A stretch of 64,000 nucleotides of DNA from Promethearchaeati archaeon (GCA_026993975.1 JALWRR010000076.1:2016-66015); one strand, 5' to 3'; numbered from the stretch's first letter, positions 19,801 to 29,759 are shown. Program-made: numbers and translations. The notes: generated by a model not told the origin, from the sequence alone.

Positions 19801-22800
19801 GAAAAAGCCCCTATGTTTAGAGCTGGTATTGTAGGTACCAGTGCGGCTGATATTGCTAACACTGTTCAGATGGAAGGACTTGGGAATTCCTTTAAGAACA
19901 TGCTGAACTCTTGGCAAATTTCTATGAATGATATTGTAGGTGGGCTAGAGAAACCCTTAGTAGATTTAACTAAGGCACTTACTATAGCACAGAAAAATAG
20001 AAGTCAAGATCAGAGTATATTTACCAATAACTTTACTTTAGAAGACAAGCTAAGACCAGATAAAAGTGCAAGCCCATTAATTCTTGGTGGAGTCACGGCT
20101 GCAGCGATGATGGCTGCAGTCGGTATTGGACCTAAGAGATTAGGAGCTATTGCTCTAGAGTCTGGCAAACAACTTGGTAAAATGATTGGTGAATCCAAAT
20201 TTTTACCTGAAGGAATTAAGCATGGCTTAACAGCTACATTACCTGGGGCTATTGGTACATTAGAAAGGTATTCTGAAAAAATAGGGGGTAAAAGAGTATT
20301 ATCAGCCGTAGGTAAACATGCTGGAGGCTTAGCCTATGGAGCCGCTTCAGCTTATCTTGCTCCTGAAGGTAGTAAGATGGATGCTACTATGAGTGCCTTT
20401 ATGCAGTATGCTGGATATATGGGAGGTACTAAGTTTGCAGACAGAGTAGCTATAAAAACTTTAGGTTGGGATCCTAAAGCATTTAAGTCTAGACTACTAA
20501 GAGGTGGAGCTGGTATTGGAGCTGCTTTATTGCTAGATCAGTTAACTTCTTCTGGAAGAAATTCTGAAGATGGTATGAGTAGAGGCACAGCTGCCTTGAC
20601 TACTGGTCTCACTGCTGCAGCTATGACTCCAGGTGGACCTTTTGTTAGAGCTTTAGCTGGGCTAGCAGTAGGTGGACTATCTTACTTATCTACAGCTGAA
20701 GCACCTACTATAGGTGTTACTAAGGCACTCCAAGTACTAACTAATGATGCTAAGGCCCTTTCAGCTGAGTTAAATACTTTAGGAAAGTCAGCAACATCTA
20801 TTAGTGATCTTTCTAATTATGCTTTAAGATATTCTCCAAATGCCAGTTTTGCTGAGAAGCAAAGTAAGGTAGCTGCTACAGTTGAAGAATTTGCTGCGGT
20901 TGGTGATAATCTTAAAAACTTGGAAAAAGTCTTATCTTCTTATGGCGGTGGGTTTGCTGGATTTAACTTTGGATCTAGATTTACTACTAGAGACATTAAT
21001 GCTGGAATCTTTACTGTTCAAAAGTTTGTAGCTGATGGAGCTACAATAAAATCAGTAGATTTTACTGGTAAATTTAATACCGCTGCTGAGGCTGCAGCTT
21101 TCTCTTTACGCTCTGCTCAAACAGCTGCTTATAATGCCCTATCTGCTCCTGGTGGTGCCTATGAAACTAAATTTAATGAGCTAAAAAGTAAAGAGTTTAC
21201 AAAGTATAAAGAAAAATTAGAAGGAGCTAAGACATTTGAAGAAAGAGCTCAAGTATACCAAAGAGAAGTTATTCAGCCTCTTTTTGATCTATTTAGAAAC
21301 GCTCCTTCTGTAGGAATGAGAAATAAGCAAGGCTTTTGGTCTATACTTATGAGTGCTGGTATGCAGTTAAGGTCTCAAACTCCAGAAGAAGAGCGCTATA
21401 GAATTGATAATATGATAGATAGATACGAGAAGCAGTTTAAGGCTATGACAGAAGTAGCTTCTCTAAATGCCCAAACTTCGGCTCAAGTATTAGAAATAGC
21501 CAAACAAAGAATTGGCCAAGGCCAAGCAGCCTTTGATGCTTATTTCAAGAAGAATAAGCAAGGTGAATATCTTAAGTCTACTAGAATAGACATGGAAGCC
21601 TACCGGCAGTTTAAGAGTAAAGAAGTCGGCTTAGACCATATGCTGGATAAGATTAATGAGAAGGCTCTAAAACTTAATAAAATAAATACGACTGCAGTTA
21701 ACTTAACTAGAACCATGAGTGTTCAAGCTGCTGAGGCTATGAAAGGTTCGATAGTTACTTTAGGACCTGATCTATTTAATGTAGCGATTCAAACAGCTAC
21801 TGAGCTTATGCCAGTACTAGATAACCTTACTAAGAATATTAGAACTAATATTTCTAAGTTGGGTGACTTACAAGGTGTTTCAGCTGCATCATACCTTAGA
21901 GGACATAAAAACTTTACCTTAATTGATGAGAAGGCTTTTGAAAAATACGTAACTTCAAAAGGTAAAGATCTAGATAATAAAGAATTAGCTAAGTTGCAAG
22001 TAACTGGAGAAAATCTAGTAAATATTTCTGGGTATAGAGCTAGTACGACAGTTGGTACACAACTATTAGACATCTACAAAAGAAATGAAGCTAGGACTAA
22101 TGCTATAGTAGATAAGGTTCTTAGAATGGCTTCACCAGCTGAGGCTCAAGATATCACTCAGTATAGAATGAGAAAAGGCCTTGATAGAACTATGCAAGGT
22201 TTAGGCTTTGCTGGATATAATGAATTTAGAATAGCTCAGTCTCAGGTTAATCCTATGACTGCTAGTATAGAACAAATAAAATCTCTAGCTAAGCCTTCTA
22301 TGATTAGAAGCATGGAGATGAAAAAACAATTTGCTATAGATCAAATTCATACTAATGAAATTTATGCTGAAAAAATGGCCTATAAGCAAGCGGATATTAG
22401 TAAGCGTGAACTAGGTATATCTATAGATCAAAAAGTCGCTGCCATGGCTCGCCAGGATAATTTTAATAGAATGATGGCTAAAAGATCCTTTGAATTTAAT
22501 AAGCAACAGTTACTGCAAACTACAGCTTGGAAAGCTGAAGATCTTTATCAAAATTATGACTATGCACTTGAAGATATTAGTAAAAACTATTCAAGAGCTA
22601 TAGACAATATTAATACTGGATATGAAAGAGCTGTAGCTAAGATCCAAAGAAGCGCTGAATATTCCAGAGAAAGTGCTCAGATTCATGCTGATAGAGCTAG
22701 AAGAGATGCTAAGATTAGATATGAAAGACAAATTGAAGATATAGGGATCAAAGCAGCTAGACAAAGAGAAGCTGCTCAGATAAATTACAGTAGACAAGTG

Positions 22801-25575
22801 GCGGATATTGCAAGACAAGGTGCCTATCAAAGAGAAGCCATCATTAGAAGATCGGCTTACCAAGAGCAAAGAGCTAGACTTAATTTTGCTCGTGGTTTAG
22901 AAGATCTAAATAGGGCTATAAATAGACGCATAGAAGATATGAAAGAAGGTAAAGACTTTCAACGAGAAGATGCTTTACTTAAGTATCAAAGAGCTGTAGC
23001 TAAAGCACAGCGTAGCTACCAAGATACTCTTAATGCTATACATAGAAACTATCAAAGAAATATTGAAGCCATAGAGCGAAGTAGACAAGATACTATAAAT
23101 GCTTTCAATAGATCTTTAGAGCGTCCTCAAGTTATAACTCTTGACCCAGGTAAGCTGGATATTATTGCCAATGCAATAAACGATTGGTCTTTAGCATTAG
23201 ATGCTCATAAAGCGGCATTGGCGGCTAATACTACTGCAATAAAACAAAATTCAGCACTACAAAAAGCCAAAGAAAATATTGTAGCAGAAGCTTATAAAGA
23301 TGCTTATAAGAAAGTCGGTGGAAAAGTTTATGATGAAAACGGCAATATTAATGCTGATTTCACTAAAGCATATCAAGATTATTTGAATAATAACTCTGAA
23401 AAATTAATTGATACTGTTCTTGAAAACGCCCTAAATAGAGCTTTTGCTGGAATAGGATTTAATATTGATCAAGCTTTAAATAATCCAGCTTACTTAGCCA
23501 ATATGGTAGCTAATCCAATGCCAGCTATGACCACTGCTGGAGCATTAACTGGAAGTGGATTAACTGGAAATCAAGCTGCACAAGCACTTTATGGCATTAA
23601 AGCTAATGAGGTTAGAATTTCTACAACTACTGGTGTTATCTTAGAAGCTCAAGGAGGTATGGAAGGAGCCTTATACGATCTTGAGACTGCTATGATAAAC
23701 TTTGATATAAAGATTAGAGAAGCTGGTATTAATTTAAATCAAGCTTTAGAAGATGCAGCGATTAATCTTCAAATTACACTGAGAGAACTTGCTATTAGCT
23801 ATCAGCAAGCATTAGAAGATATTAACAGAGTATTTGCTGAGCAGTCTGATCAACTCTCTAAACAACGAGAAAGAGGTTTAGAAGATTTACATTTAAGACT
23901 TCAGCGACAACTAGAAGATATTGCTATAAGCAGACAGCAAGCACTGTCTGAGTTATCTATAAGCTTAGGACAGGCATTTGAGCAAGCTAGAATTAGTTAT
24001 CAAAGAGCACTAGAAGACATTGCTAGAAATGAGCAGCAAGCAATGGAAGACGCCAGAAGAAACTATGAGCGTTCAATGGAGGATATAAATAGAGGTCTTA
24101 AGGATGCTTTTGATGATATAACTAGAAATATGAATAATGCTATAAATGAAGCTGGAATTGGAAGAACTCAAGCCATAGAAGATGCCACTCTTAGAATGAA
24201 ACAAAATATAGAAGATGCAGGAGAATCTTTACGAAGAAACTTACAAGCAGTAGATGATAGCTATCAAAGAAACTTACAAGTAATGACGGATCAGTTAAAT
24301 CAACTGTTAGATAATATGTCTCTTAAGTTTCAGTTTAATTACGATGAACTTATGATTCAAATGGAAGAAATGAAAGGTAAGATAGATAGAAATTTACAAG
24401 ATACTGTTGATAATATTCATGAAAAATCTACAGAAGCTATTAATAACCTGAATACTCAGTTTGATAATATGTGGCGTCAATGGATAGAGACTGCTAGAAC
24501 TAAAGGCCAAGAAGCAATAGACGCTTTAAGAGAAAGCTTTAGTGCTAAAACTTGGGATACAGCTGTTATGCTGCAGAATCTACAGTCCCAGTTAGATAAT
24601 GTTTGGCGGAATCTTAAAGTAGATGCTGATGCTATAGTCCAGCAAGTAGCAGCTGGAATGAAGGCAGCATTTAGTGGTGCTGCTATGAAGCAGATAGAGG
24701 CTCAGTTAGGTAAAGATGTTTCTGATCTTGTTAGAAAAGGTCTTAAAGTAACAAACGTAGATACTAAAGAACTTAAGAAAAATATTGAAACCGCTCTTGA
24801 TAATCTATTTAAGAAAGAACTCGCTCAGTCTACTAAAGCGACTGCTGAAGCTCTTGTAGAACCTGTAGCAATGCTTACTGAACAGACTACTAAAGCTGGT
24901 CAAGCTATGGTTCAAGGCTCTACTCAAGTAACACAAGGAGCACAGCAATTAAAGCAAGCAGGCGAGAGTTTAAAAGGTAGTGGTGAGAATTTAAAAAGAG
25001 GAGCTGAGGATTTAAAACAAGCTGGACCTAATTTAGTTCAAGGCGGGGCGTATCTAAAAGTAGCTGGAGAAACACTAATACAGGCTGGAGATCCACTTGA
25101 AGCAGCAGGTAATAGCTTGATTCAAACAGCTCCATTAGTAATATCTGGAACTCAGCAGATGGCAGTTGCATTGTCGATGCTTGCTGGGTCTATACCTCCA
25201 TTGATTAATGCAGTAGTTATCGCTGCACAGCAAGCTAAAGCTCAGCTAAATCAAGCTAGCAGCGGCTATTCTACTGGAGGCCTAATTCCTGGGTATGGTG
25301 GCGGGGATATTGTTTATGCTATGCTTGAGCCTGGAGAATTTGTAGTAAGGAAAGAGGTAGTTAGAGCTAAAGGTGAAGACTACTTTAATAGACTAAACTA
25401 TGGGGTTGAAAATGTTCAACCTGTTACAATTCAAACTACAAGTTCACCAAATATACCTGGACAGGGTATCAATGTGAACATTGGAGTACAAGCGAATGTT
25501 GGAGTAGATGCTATTAAAGAAAATATAGAGGTTATCGCAGATGGAGTTAGAAAAGTCTTTGAGGAGTATGCCTAA
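13834..25575 (+). CDS. Tape measure protein, 3913 aa.
   Basis: An 11.7-kb open frame in AT-rich DNA, so it is clearly coding. The central region (about aa 1700-1900) resembles the TMP core, for example AVEIADAATILGQAGF and GAIQYTGNIAAAAKIP. It also has Gly/Ala-rich hydrophobic segments and long periodic coiled-coil repeats (ALEDI-type) in the C-terminal third. Confidence 0.75.
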   Translation: MTSAEILKLLKKNPNFKVIKFDTGITIDTGDRSYIISDPNISKSLPKHPNIEDVKEVQARNPDYLRELGKFGERVDNIPKQLFEGKKPIHDPYSTKRTIPQRDITQTSRISIEASEVVPTNINALINDFFTSYLASGSDKSPLAYYDEYAKKKKFDVKTLKQFSKTTIKKEIERLSKSKDLEKFKGYQKKLLRAKFKAYEYERDLQVKLDQAVLYSNGEYVVFTNQRMSDKSLNTLGTVMQDLFKVNDTIKVMDSTRVHTIIPKGEHIFIDGFVHNKQMLDLNQVVADTLRVDRTLSLANVSKADQAFIQKQNEIAPGAIRELQDLVKASTKGLNSSEMVVALNKRKVGELKNLAKRLGIETHYLQKWHYADDSSLSTVLPNDFKKNLINNAIQKDMTTWNKTINRKKASIFKRAKSLGIDPEALKKELSKFSIGEREARPEVFDRYSKTLDLIYRNLSETRVEALKDLKLKGNVSISEIKRLLNRNKVRKYRDADVAKLYEYLHKDVPEGGKLLEKNKYLRTNLTNPLVNLEGRLKQRATNKFISMLVNEAATTRPTRIRPFDPKRVEQLLSIFSDKGFNKLAKLVENPPSALGKKGGEAFTRAMYEKFGGEQEFTKLLGKFTGVPDVDYRAARPFEANPEAVFGEIGDERLDKIAKESLNTGKVTDTVPGNEVLASDINKYLDDLLSNPELSKKEKERALQQKILDELGRTRGYDVYEYQLGEKAIKVAKYLESGKPLNLSQLGEYIDLAKELGINVEHEDLKNVHKKVKEKIEKVLEVQFGGKVDLTRKAVGVGMNNYLFKQTATAPAAAFDALGISELGWAKDLGNGKVDYGQLVRYAENPANFPIFAGKGVMKKFHETMKTIGGPLHEGWYTKRERNAVDEFRRNDVMVSPAERAQVKYDLFEWYKNKPFVSKPVTSGFGRSVFKATKVFEQKFDPRTFSLVDDPQLTKAKKNRALAFMYKHPGFKKFQKAMVSKAMDKFKSEQLKQMLRSNTEVIIKAYAGEKLGIKGDQLAIHTRRTLEHIGNLFQFIEQQKKAGNWVVANSLEYGLEKTLKDTQKALSNKGYFSETNQKLIDKVLTNPTEVNKKVLSHAASKLGDYALEYAGAHGVEMPTYGIEYPKGGLVIEDLVASEAKKKLLGYGKGTGVPFRGITEYEYAHGIAMPKLFEELSTVKDPMNLLEKAEADAFKKDRKFADMQFYPKEPNAVKPLSMYQKLTRAAAAAKGKPWVSPVKLVSFKEPKDIITSRPSVPFTAEPMYGFNSIPVDYGTKTLFDINAVNFQKAVPDFVGHERLRKKYLDVLEKLPEEKKAEWLKRYLKRFKMLNRGGKIPGKGTKDEVPALLTKGETVVDRKTSEKLGIHSQADYERFKAAVHAGKINKFADGGWVEFANILRDANKPEDFAKAKELFDNLSGNDKTAAEQLLASNGMTYDSLKSQASVSSQRRTQSTPRQPKNRTSAAKMTINMARGSFRIDKNENPKFNINKIDTYLNSVQGADILANSGNEVSKRAVERAKRNISKEFLSNYGLNETMLAEISSGTPSKATKRAIKGLSLDQVTQIKNIGKQFEKLNPELHAFTQNIKTYNKQFNASKKSKTKMPTKFKLDRDLLASNAEMLGEAFGISPEEFKKFAGASKKKTFKQLKKIMENIDYANLKPETQTKSVEALQAQSDSLRAFKRLSEQSYKTGTMFKERQAVEAYASQIERAYSQRRQAQARIGEFGSLMMQNAAFMGSYVAIDAVSGLFTKTIGFMSEFSDATKNLQAITGDTTDGLNIMVKAIKKVSTETKFSAVEIADAATILGQAGFSAVDIQKSLGGVVKLATATGSKLEDATQILTSALTIWDKPLSESKKLANEFTAAINQSKLDIQSLTGAIQYTGNIAAAAKIPVEDVLTMTALLKDAGIKRASTLGTGQRLLYSDISAPSKKFVESLKDAGITLAEFTKTFDEQGILGALKLMKDAGYGMAQASKGMELREKATYLAAINQLEKAPMFRAGIVGTSAADIANTVQMEGLGNSFKNMLNSWQISMNDIVGGLEKPLVDLTKALTIAQKNRSQDQSIFTNNFTLEDKLRPDKSASPLILGGVTAAAMMAAVGIGPKRLGAIALESGKQLGKMIGESKFLPEGIKHGLTATLPGAIGTLERYSEKIGGKRVLSAVGKHAGGLAYGAASAYLAPEGSKMDATMSAFMQYAGYMGGTKFADRVAIKTLGWDPKAFKSRLLRGGAGIGAALLLDQLTSSGRNSEDGMSRGTAALTTGLTAAAMTPGGPFVRALAGLAVGGLSYLSTAEAPTIGVTKALQVLTNDAKALSAELNTLGKSATSISDLSNYALRYSPNASFAEKQSKVAATVEEFAAVGDNLKNLEKVLSSYGGGFAGFNFGSRFTTRDINAGIFTVQKFVADGATIKSVDFTGKFNTAAEAAAFSLRSAQTAAYNALSAPGGAYETKFNELKSKEFTKYKEKLEGAKTFEERAQVYQREVIQPLFDLFRNAPSVGMRNKQGFWSILMSAGMQLRSQTPEEERYRIDNMIDRYEKQFKAMTEVASLNAQTSAQVLEIAKQRIGQGQAAFDAYFKKNKQGEYLKSTRIDMEAYRQFKSKEVGLDHMLDKINEKALKLNKINTTAVNLTRTMSVQAAEAMKGSIVTLGPDLFNVAIQTATELMPVLDNLTKNIRTNISKLGDLQGVSAASYLRGHKNFTLIDEKAFEKYVTSKGKDLDNKELAKLQVTGENLVNISGYRASTTVGTQLLDIYKRNEARTNAIVDKVLRMASPAEAQDITQYRMRKGLDRTMQGLGFAGYNEFRIAQSQVNPMTASIEQIKSLAKPSMIRSMEMKKQFAIDQIHTNEIYAEKMAYKQADISKRELGISIDQKVAAMARQDNFNRMMAKRSFEFNKQQLLQTTAWKAEDLYQNYDYALEDISKNYSRAIDNINTGYERAVAKIQRSAEYSRESAQIHADRARRDAKIRYERQIEDIGIKAARQREAAQINYSRQVADIARQGAYQREAIIRRSAYQEQRARLNFARGLEDLNRAINRRIEDMKEGKDFQREDALLKYQRAVAKAQRSYQDTLNAIHRNYQRNIEAIERSRQDTINAFNRSLERPQVITLDPGKLDIIANAINDWSLALDAHKAALAANTTAIKQNSALQKAKENIVAEAYKDAYKKVGGKVYDENGNINADFTKAYQDYLNNNSEKLIDTVLENALNRAFAGIGFNIDQALNNPAYLANMVANPMPAMTTAGALTGSGLTGNQAAQALYGIKANEVRISTTTGVILEAQGGMEGALYDLETAMINFDIKIREAGINLNQALEDAAINLQITLRELAISYQQALEDINRVFAEQSDQLSKQRERGLEDLHLRLQRQLEDIAISRQQALSELSISLGQAFEQARISYQRALEDIARNEQQAMEDARRNYERSMEDINRGLKDAFDDITRNMNNAINEAGIGRTQAIEDATLRMKQNIEDAGESLRRNLQAVDDSYQRNLQVMTDQLNQLLDNMSLKFQFNYDELMIQMEEMKGKIDRNLQDTVDNIHEKSTEAINNLNTQFDNMWRQWIETARTKGQEAIDALRESFSAKTWDTAVMLQNLQSQLDNVWRNLKVDADAIVQQVAAGMKAAFSGAAMKQIEAQLGKDVSDLVRKGLKVTNVDTKELKKNIETALDNLFKKELAQSTKATAEALVEPVAMLTEQTTKAGQAMVQGSTQVTQGAQQLKQAGESLKGSGENLKRGAEDLKQAGPNLVQGGAYLKVAGETLIQAGDPLEAAGNSLIQTAPLVISGTQQMAVALSMLAGSIPPLINAVVIAAQQAKAQLNQASSGYSTGGLIPGYGGGDIVYAMLEPGEFVVRKEVVRAKGEDYFNRLNYGVENVQPVTIQTTSSPNIPGQGINVNIGVQANVGVDAIKENIEVIADGVRKVFEEYA

Positions 25576-26168
25576 TGTTTTTAATAACTAAGTATCTTTA
25601 TAATGGGCTAGCTTTTAAAGAATATTCTGGAATAGTACCAACCATGGTAAATTTAGACGTGATACCAGTAAAAGTAAATATTCCTAAAACTACTTGGAAA
25701 TTATCTTATGATTATGTAAAGAAGGATTTAAAAAACTACATAGAGGAAGCTCTATATGAAAACTATAATGATCTTTATTTAGACCCGACTATTGGACCAG
25801 CTTTTTATATTCATAAGTATATAGACCTGCTATCAAATGTCAAATACTACATGACTTATATTCATGAATATGCTTTTTATCAAAAACCAGTAAATAGGCA
25901 AATAAACTATATAGAAGATGGTACTAATCACGTACTGGATGGAGGACTAGTTATTCCTAATGATCTAGATGGAACAACTGTATTAGAGCTTGATTTTTAT
26001 CCATTTCCTAGAAAAGTTTTTATGCCAAAAAACTCATTAGATGTTACTCATAAAGCTAATGGGCTATTTGGTATTAGACTTGAGCTAGAAGACATTGCTA
26101 AACCTCTTGATCTTGCTAATATATTCATAATTGGGAAAAGTCATGCTGGTACTTCTGAACTTTGCTAA
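25575..26168 (+). CDS. Distal tail/baseplate protein candidate (197 aa).
   Basis: First gene after the TMP. Confidence 0.45.
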   Translation: MFLITKYLYNGLAFKEYSGIVPTMVNLDVIPVKVNIPKTTWKLSYDYVKKDLKNYIEEALYENYNDLYLDPTIGPAFYIHKYIDLLSNVKYYMTYIHEYAFYQKPVNRQINYIEDGTNHVLDGGLVIPNDLDGTTVLELDFYPFPRKVFMPKNSLDVTHKANGLFGIRLELEDIAKPLDLANIFIIGKSHAGTSELC

Positions 26169-27048
26169 TAAATTTAAGCTAGCCAATTACTACATAGATG
26201 GGGCTACTTATGTATCTTCATTAAAAGTAAATAACTTCAACTCAAAAAAAGCTTTAGCCATAGACTCAATATCATTTAATTTACATACTGAGGTATTTGA
26301 TAGTATAGGAGAGTCTTTAGCTTATATATGTTATAATACTCTAGTAGATGTATATCTTGATGAGCAAAAGGTTATGCAAGGCTATGTAGATAAGCTTGCT
26401 ACAAGTTCTACTACTAATGTACGACTCACATTGAGATCTCTAGTTGCCTTGCATAGTAAATTAACTATATCTCCTCAAATAGAAAATACTTGTCAAAATC
26501 AAGTTTATTCCTATATGTGTGGACTAAATAAAAATGACTTTGCTTGTGAATTTACCAATGTTACTATTGATTGTTTTACTGGCCTAGTAACACTAGATAT
26601 AGATGGAGTTGCTGGTACAGCTTCTTTAGGCGGTAGTCCTAGCGCTACTTTTCCTAGAGCTGCAACTACTGCCCCTATAAATAATCCTTTATTCTTAAAA
26701 AAGGAAAACTGGTGGAATGCTTTTGTTATTTTAAATGATGTCTATAGAGCAACAGTTGTAAATGTATCTGAAAGTGCTATAACTCTTGATATAAATCATT
26801 TAGAAGCCACAGTGACTGCTAGTAACGTTAAAGTGTACCTAAAATGTGATAAAACTTATGGTACTTGCTATAAACGGTTTAGTAATACTAAAAACTTTTG
26901 GGGCTTTCCTAATAATGGTAACAAGATTCAAACTCTTGATATATTCAGTGCAAGCAGTCTAGAGTACTGTGGTGCTGATTACTCTGATCAAGAATTTGAA
27001 TACTGTGATACTGACTTTAATATATTTGGAGTGAATATCAATGAATGA
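26131..27048 (+). CDS. Tail tip protein candidate (305 aa).
   Basis: Position only. Confidence 0.45.
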   Translation: MGKVMLVLLNFANKFKLANYYIDGATYVSSLKVNNFNSKKALAIDSISFNLHTEVFDSIGESLAYICYNTLVDVYLDEQKVMQGYVDKLATSSTTNVRLTLRSLVALHSKLTISPQIENTCQNQVYSYMCGLNKNDFACEFTNVTIDCFTGLVTLDIDGVAGTASLGGSPSATFPRAATTAPINNPLFLKKENWWNAFVILNDVYRATVVNVSESAITLDINHLEATVTASNVKVYLKCDKTYGTCYKRFSNTKNFWGFPNNGNKIQTLDIFSASSLEYCGADYSDQEFEYCDTDFNIFGVNINE

Positions 27049-29137
27049 TGATAGACTAGATAGCTTTATATCAGCTCAGAACTTTTGTACAGGCTCAATG
27101 TCTGATTATACAAACTGTATAGCCAATAATATGCGATTCACTGAGTTTACAGATGATGAATTTCAGCCAAGTGATTACGTTGAGATTCCTATTAAATCTA
27201 GACCTCTTAAAGTATTATCTGGTGAGACTTATGTAGACTGCGTACCTATTGCTATTGCTAATGTACTTACTAGAGTCATGCAGACAAATAGCTATGGCGT
27301 TGTCAGTTTTAGATGTTCAGAAGTATTTAACAGACCAAGACTACCATTACCAACTTTACAGGATCTTGGAATTTCTCCTGTCGATATCGTCAATATTATT
27401 GGCGTCCCACCTCCATCTACAGATGATAATAGTAATACTCTCTTGTTTGAAGGAATTCCTATTAGTGATGGTACTGATATTATAGACTATATGTTTAATG
27501 TTTTAAACCTATTAATAGGCTATTTTACCTCAGTTAGTTTAATAGTGTCTAAAAATGCTCAAATAAAAAGTATCATTTTAAATATGTATGATTATTATGA
27601 TCTTCCAGATTTAGCCACTGAGGTATTAGATGAGTCTGAAAGGTCATTTAGAATTTTCAGCAAGCTTATTGAAAATTTAGACCCACTGTTAAATCACTCT
27701 GATACTACCTTGGTAGAGATATACGATGCTTTAAACTATTCAATTAGGCAGTGTGAGAGCAATCTAGCTAGCATAAGAGAAACTATAGAAGACGATATTT
27801 ATACTCCTATAGTATCTAGTATAAATGACAATACGGATTTTACTACTTATGACTTTGATATTACTGATGAAGTAGTAGACACTATACTAGTGCTAGAACA
27901 TGAAAACTTTCCTATTATAATGGCATATTCAATGCATTCTAAATATCTAGCCGCAGTTTATGGTCAGCCTCCAGTTTATCCAAAAGAAGATCAATTAGTT
28001 GGAGAAAAATTAATAGACATCATCAGTGGCGAATTAAATATTGTATTAAGTGAAACTTTTAAATTTTTAGACACTTTATATGGTGTAAAAAATAAGGGTC
28101 TAGTACCACTTAAACAGTATGAACTAATATTTAACCTAATCAAAGCATATCAAACTACGTTTATAGATTTACCAAGATCATTAATAAATGGTACAGACTC
28201 TAGATATTTTGAACTATTAGACGCAGTGGAGTCTTTACTTAATACTATGACATATGGATCTTTAATTAGCGATCTTGAAAATCTAGATGAAACTACTACT
28301 TATAATGATACGCTTGACGATTATTATAATACTATTGGAAATAGCTCAAAAATTGCCTTGTATCACATGATTACTAAACAACAAGAACTTTATAATACCC
28401 CAATAGATCAATTAACCGAGGTTAATTTAGGAGGAGATTTTAAAGACTCAGGAGAGTTTTATTACGCTGATATAGCTTACGCTGTAGGATTTACTAAGCT
28501 TACTGATATAAAGTCCATTCAAATTGATGATGAGTATTATGAATTTGATGCTGTATTAGACGACGATGGAAATCCAGTTCAAGGAGTTTCAGAGGCAGGT
28601 TGTACTAGATATACTTTTCTAAGGCATGTACTGCCAACTTATGATGTTAAAATAGAAATGTATGTATATGCTGGAACTGCTCTTCAGCCCTATTGTCCTA
28701 CTATTAATAAGTATCACAATTTTCTAACCTCAAAATACTATGGGATGTTTACAAAACAAGATGGTGAAGAAATGGGCTTATATGTTTATAAAGGTTATAA
28801 GCCAATGACAGGTGAAGTAGAGGAGGTTATTCAATTAGGAAAACTAGATTTTAATTCTATAAATCTTAATGACCCATCTCTAGATAAGTCCTCTTATAAA
28901 GCCTTTTTACAGATTGAAACTAAAAATTTAACTAATGCGTCATCTATAAATGGCAAGCCATTGTCAACTGATGATTTTAAATATTATATGGCGAGTAAAA
29001 TTGTAGATGAGGATCAAGTAAGTAATTACCCAGGAATGGCAATTATTGAGTTTAAAAATTTTCCATTAGGTACTAGTATGGCTTTCCCAAAAATAAAACT
29101 TCATGTAAAATGTGAAGAACCTATAGTAGAGGTGTAA
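27041..29137 (+). CDS. Large tail tip/hub protein candidate (698 aa).
   Basis: Position and size. Confidence 0.5.
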   Translation: MNDDRLDSFISAQNFCTGSMSDYTNCIANNMRFTEFTDDEFQPSDYVEIPIKSRPLKVLSGETYVDCVPIAIANVLTRVMQTNSYGVVSFRCSEVFNRPRLPLPTLQDLGISPVDIVNIIGVPPPSTDDNSNTLLFEGIPISDGTDIIDYMFNVLNLLIGYFTSVSLIVSKNAQIKSIILNMYDYYDLPDLATEVLDESERSFRIFSKLIENLDPLLNHSDTTLVEIYDALNYSIRQCESNLASIRETIEDDIYTPIVSSINDNTDFTTYDFDITDEVVDTILVLEHENFPIIMAYSMHSKYLAAVYGQPPVYPKEDQLVGEKLIDIISGELNIVLSETFKFLDTLYGVKNKGLVPLKQYELIFNLIKAYQTTFIDLPRSLINGTDSRYFELLDAVESLLNTMTYGSLISDLENLDETTTYNDTLDDYYNTIGNSSKIALYHMITKQQELYNTPIDQLTEVNLGGDFKDSGEFYYADIAYAVGFTKLTDIKSIQIDDEYYEFDAVLDDDGNPVQGVSEAGCTRYTFLRHVLPTYDVKIEMYVYAGTALQPYCPTINKYHNFLTSKYYGMFTKQDGEEMGLYVYKGYKPMTGEVEEVIQLGKLDFNSINLNDPSLDKSSYKAFLQIETKNLTNASSINGKPLSTDDFKYYMASKIVDEDQVSNYPGMAIIEFKNFPLGTSMAFPKIKLHVKCEEPIVEV

Positions 29138-29138
29138 T

Positions 29139-29759
29139 ATGGACTTAAATTTATTATCTAGTGCTAGAAATAAGTTTTTTTCAGACTTTGAGTCATATAA
29201 AATTCCAGAAGCTATAGAATGTCCAGATATACCTTATGGAGTAGAGTTACCATTAAAAACTTATAAGAATCTAGTTAGCTATATATCTGGTATTTTTTCT
29301 TACGAGCCAGTTTATATGGATAGAATAAAGTTTATTCCTATGAATTCTCCAATAGTATACGAAGTTATTGACTATAAAGGCTTTATGGAAAAAACTAAGC
29401 TAAATAACAAGCTTAGTTTTTATTTTCAAAGTACCGATTTCGCGCATAAAGTGCCACTAAAATTTAGTGATAAAATGCTTTTAGGCGGGAGTAATACATA
29501 TAAACCTTTTGATAGTTCAGGTATACGAGCTGTTAGTTCCTATATTACAGCAAATATTGATGAGATTAAAGAACTAAGTGATAGATACTTTAAACAGCGT
29601 AATCTAAGAGGCGTAGTAGCTTTTCATTGGATTTCACTATTACCTAAGGGCTATACTTTTTATATATCTGATAGGGACTTTTATATCACTGTGATTTCAT
29701 TTAGGAATCTAAAAGATGTTGGCTATGACTATATAGGATTGCTTTATGTTAAACTATGA
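29139..29759 (+). CDS. Tail component (206 aa).
   Basis: Position only. Confidence 0.45.
   Translation: MDLNLLSSARNKFFSDFESYKIPEAIECPDIPYGVELPLKTYKNLVSYISGIFSYEPVYMDRIKFIPMNSPIVYEVIDYKGFMEKTKLNNKLSFYFQSTDFAHKVPLKFSDKMLLGGSNTYKPFDSSGIRAVSSYITANIDEIKELSDRYFKQRNLRGVVAFHWISLLPKGYTFYISDRDFYITVISFRNLKDVGYDYIGLLYVKL

Noticed and set aside
13834-25575. The possibility that the 3913-codon ORF is several genes run together.
   Set aside because: There is not a single in-frame stop over 11.7 kb of AT-rich DNA and no internal RBS/ATG pattern typical of gene starts. The domain order (N-terminal extension, TMP core, hydrophobic segments, coiled-coil repeats) fits one protein. I flagged it for assembly verification rather than splitting it.
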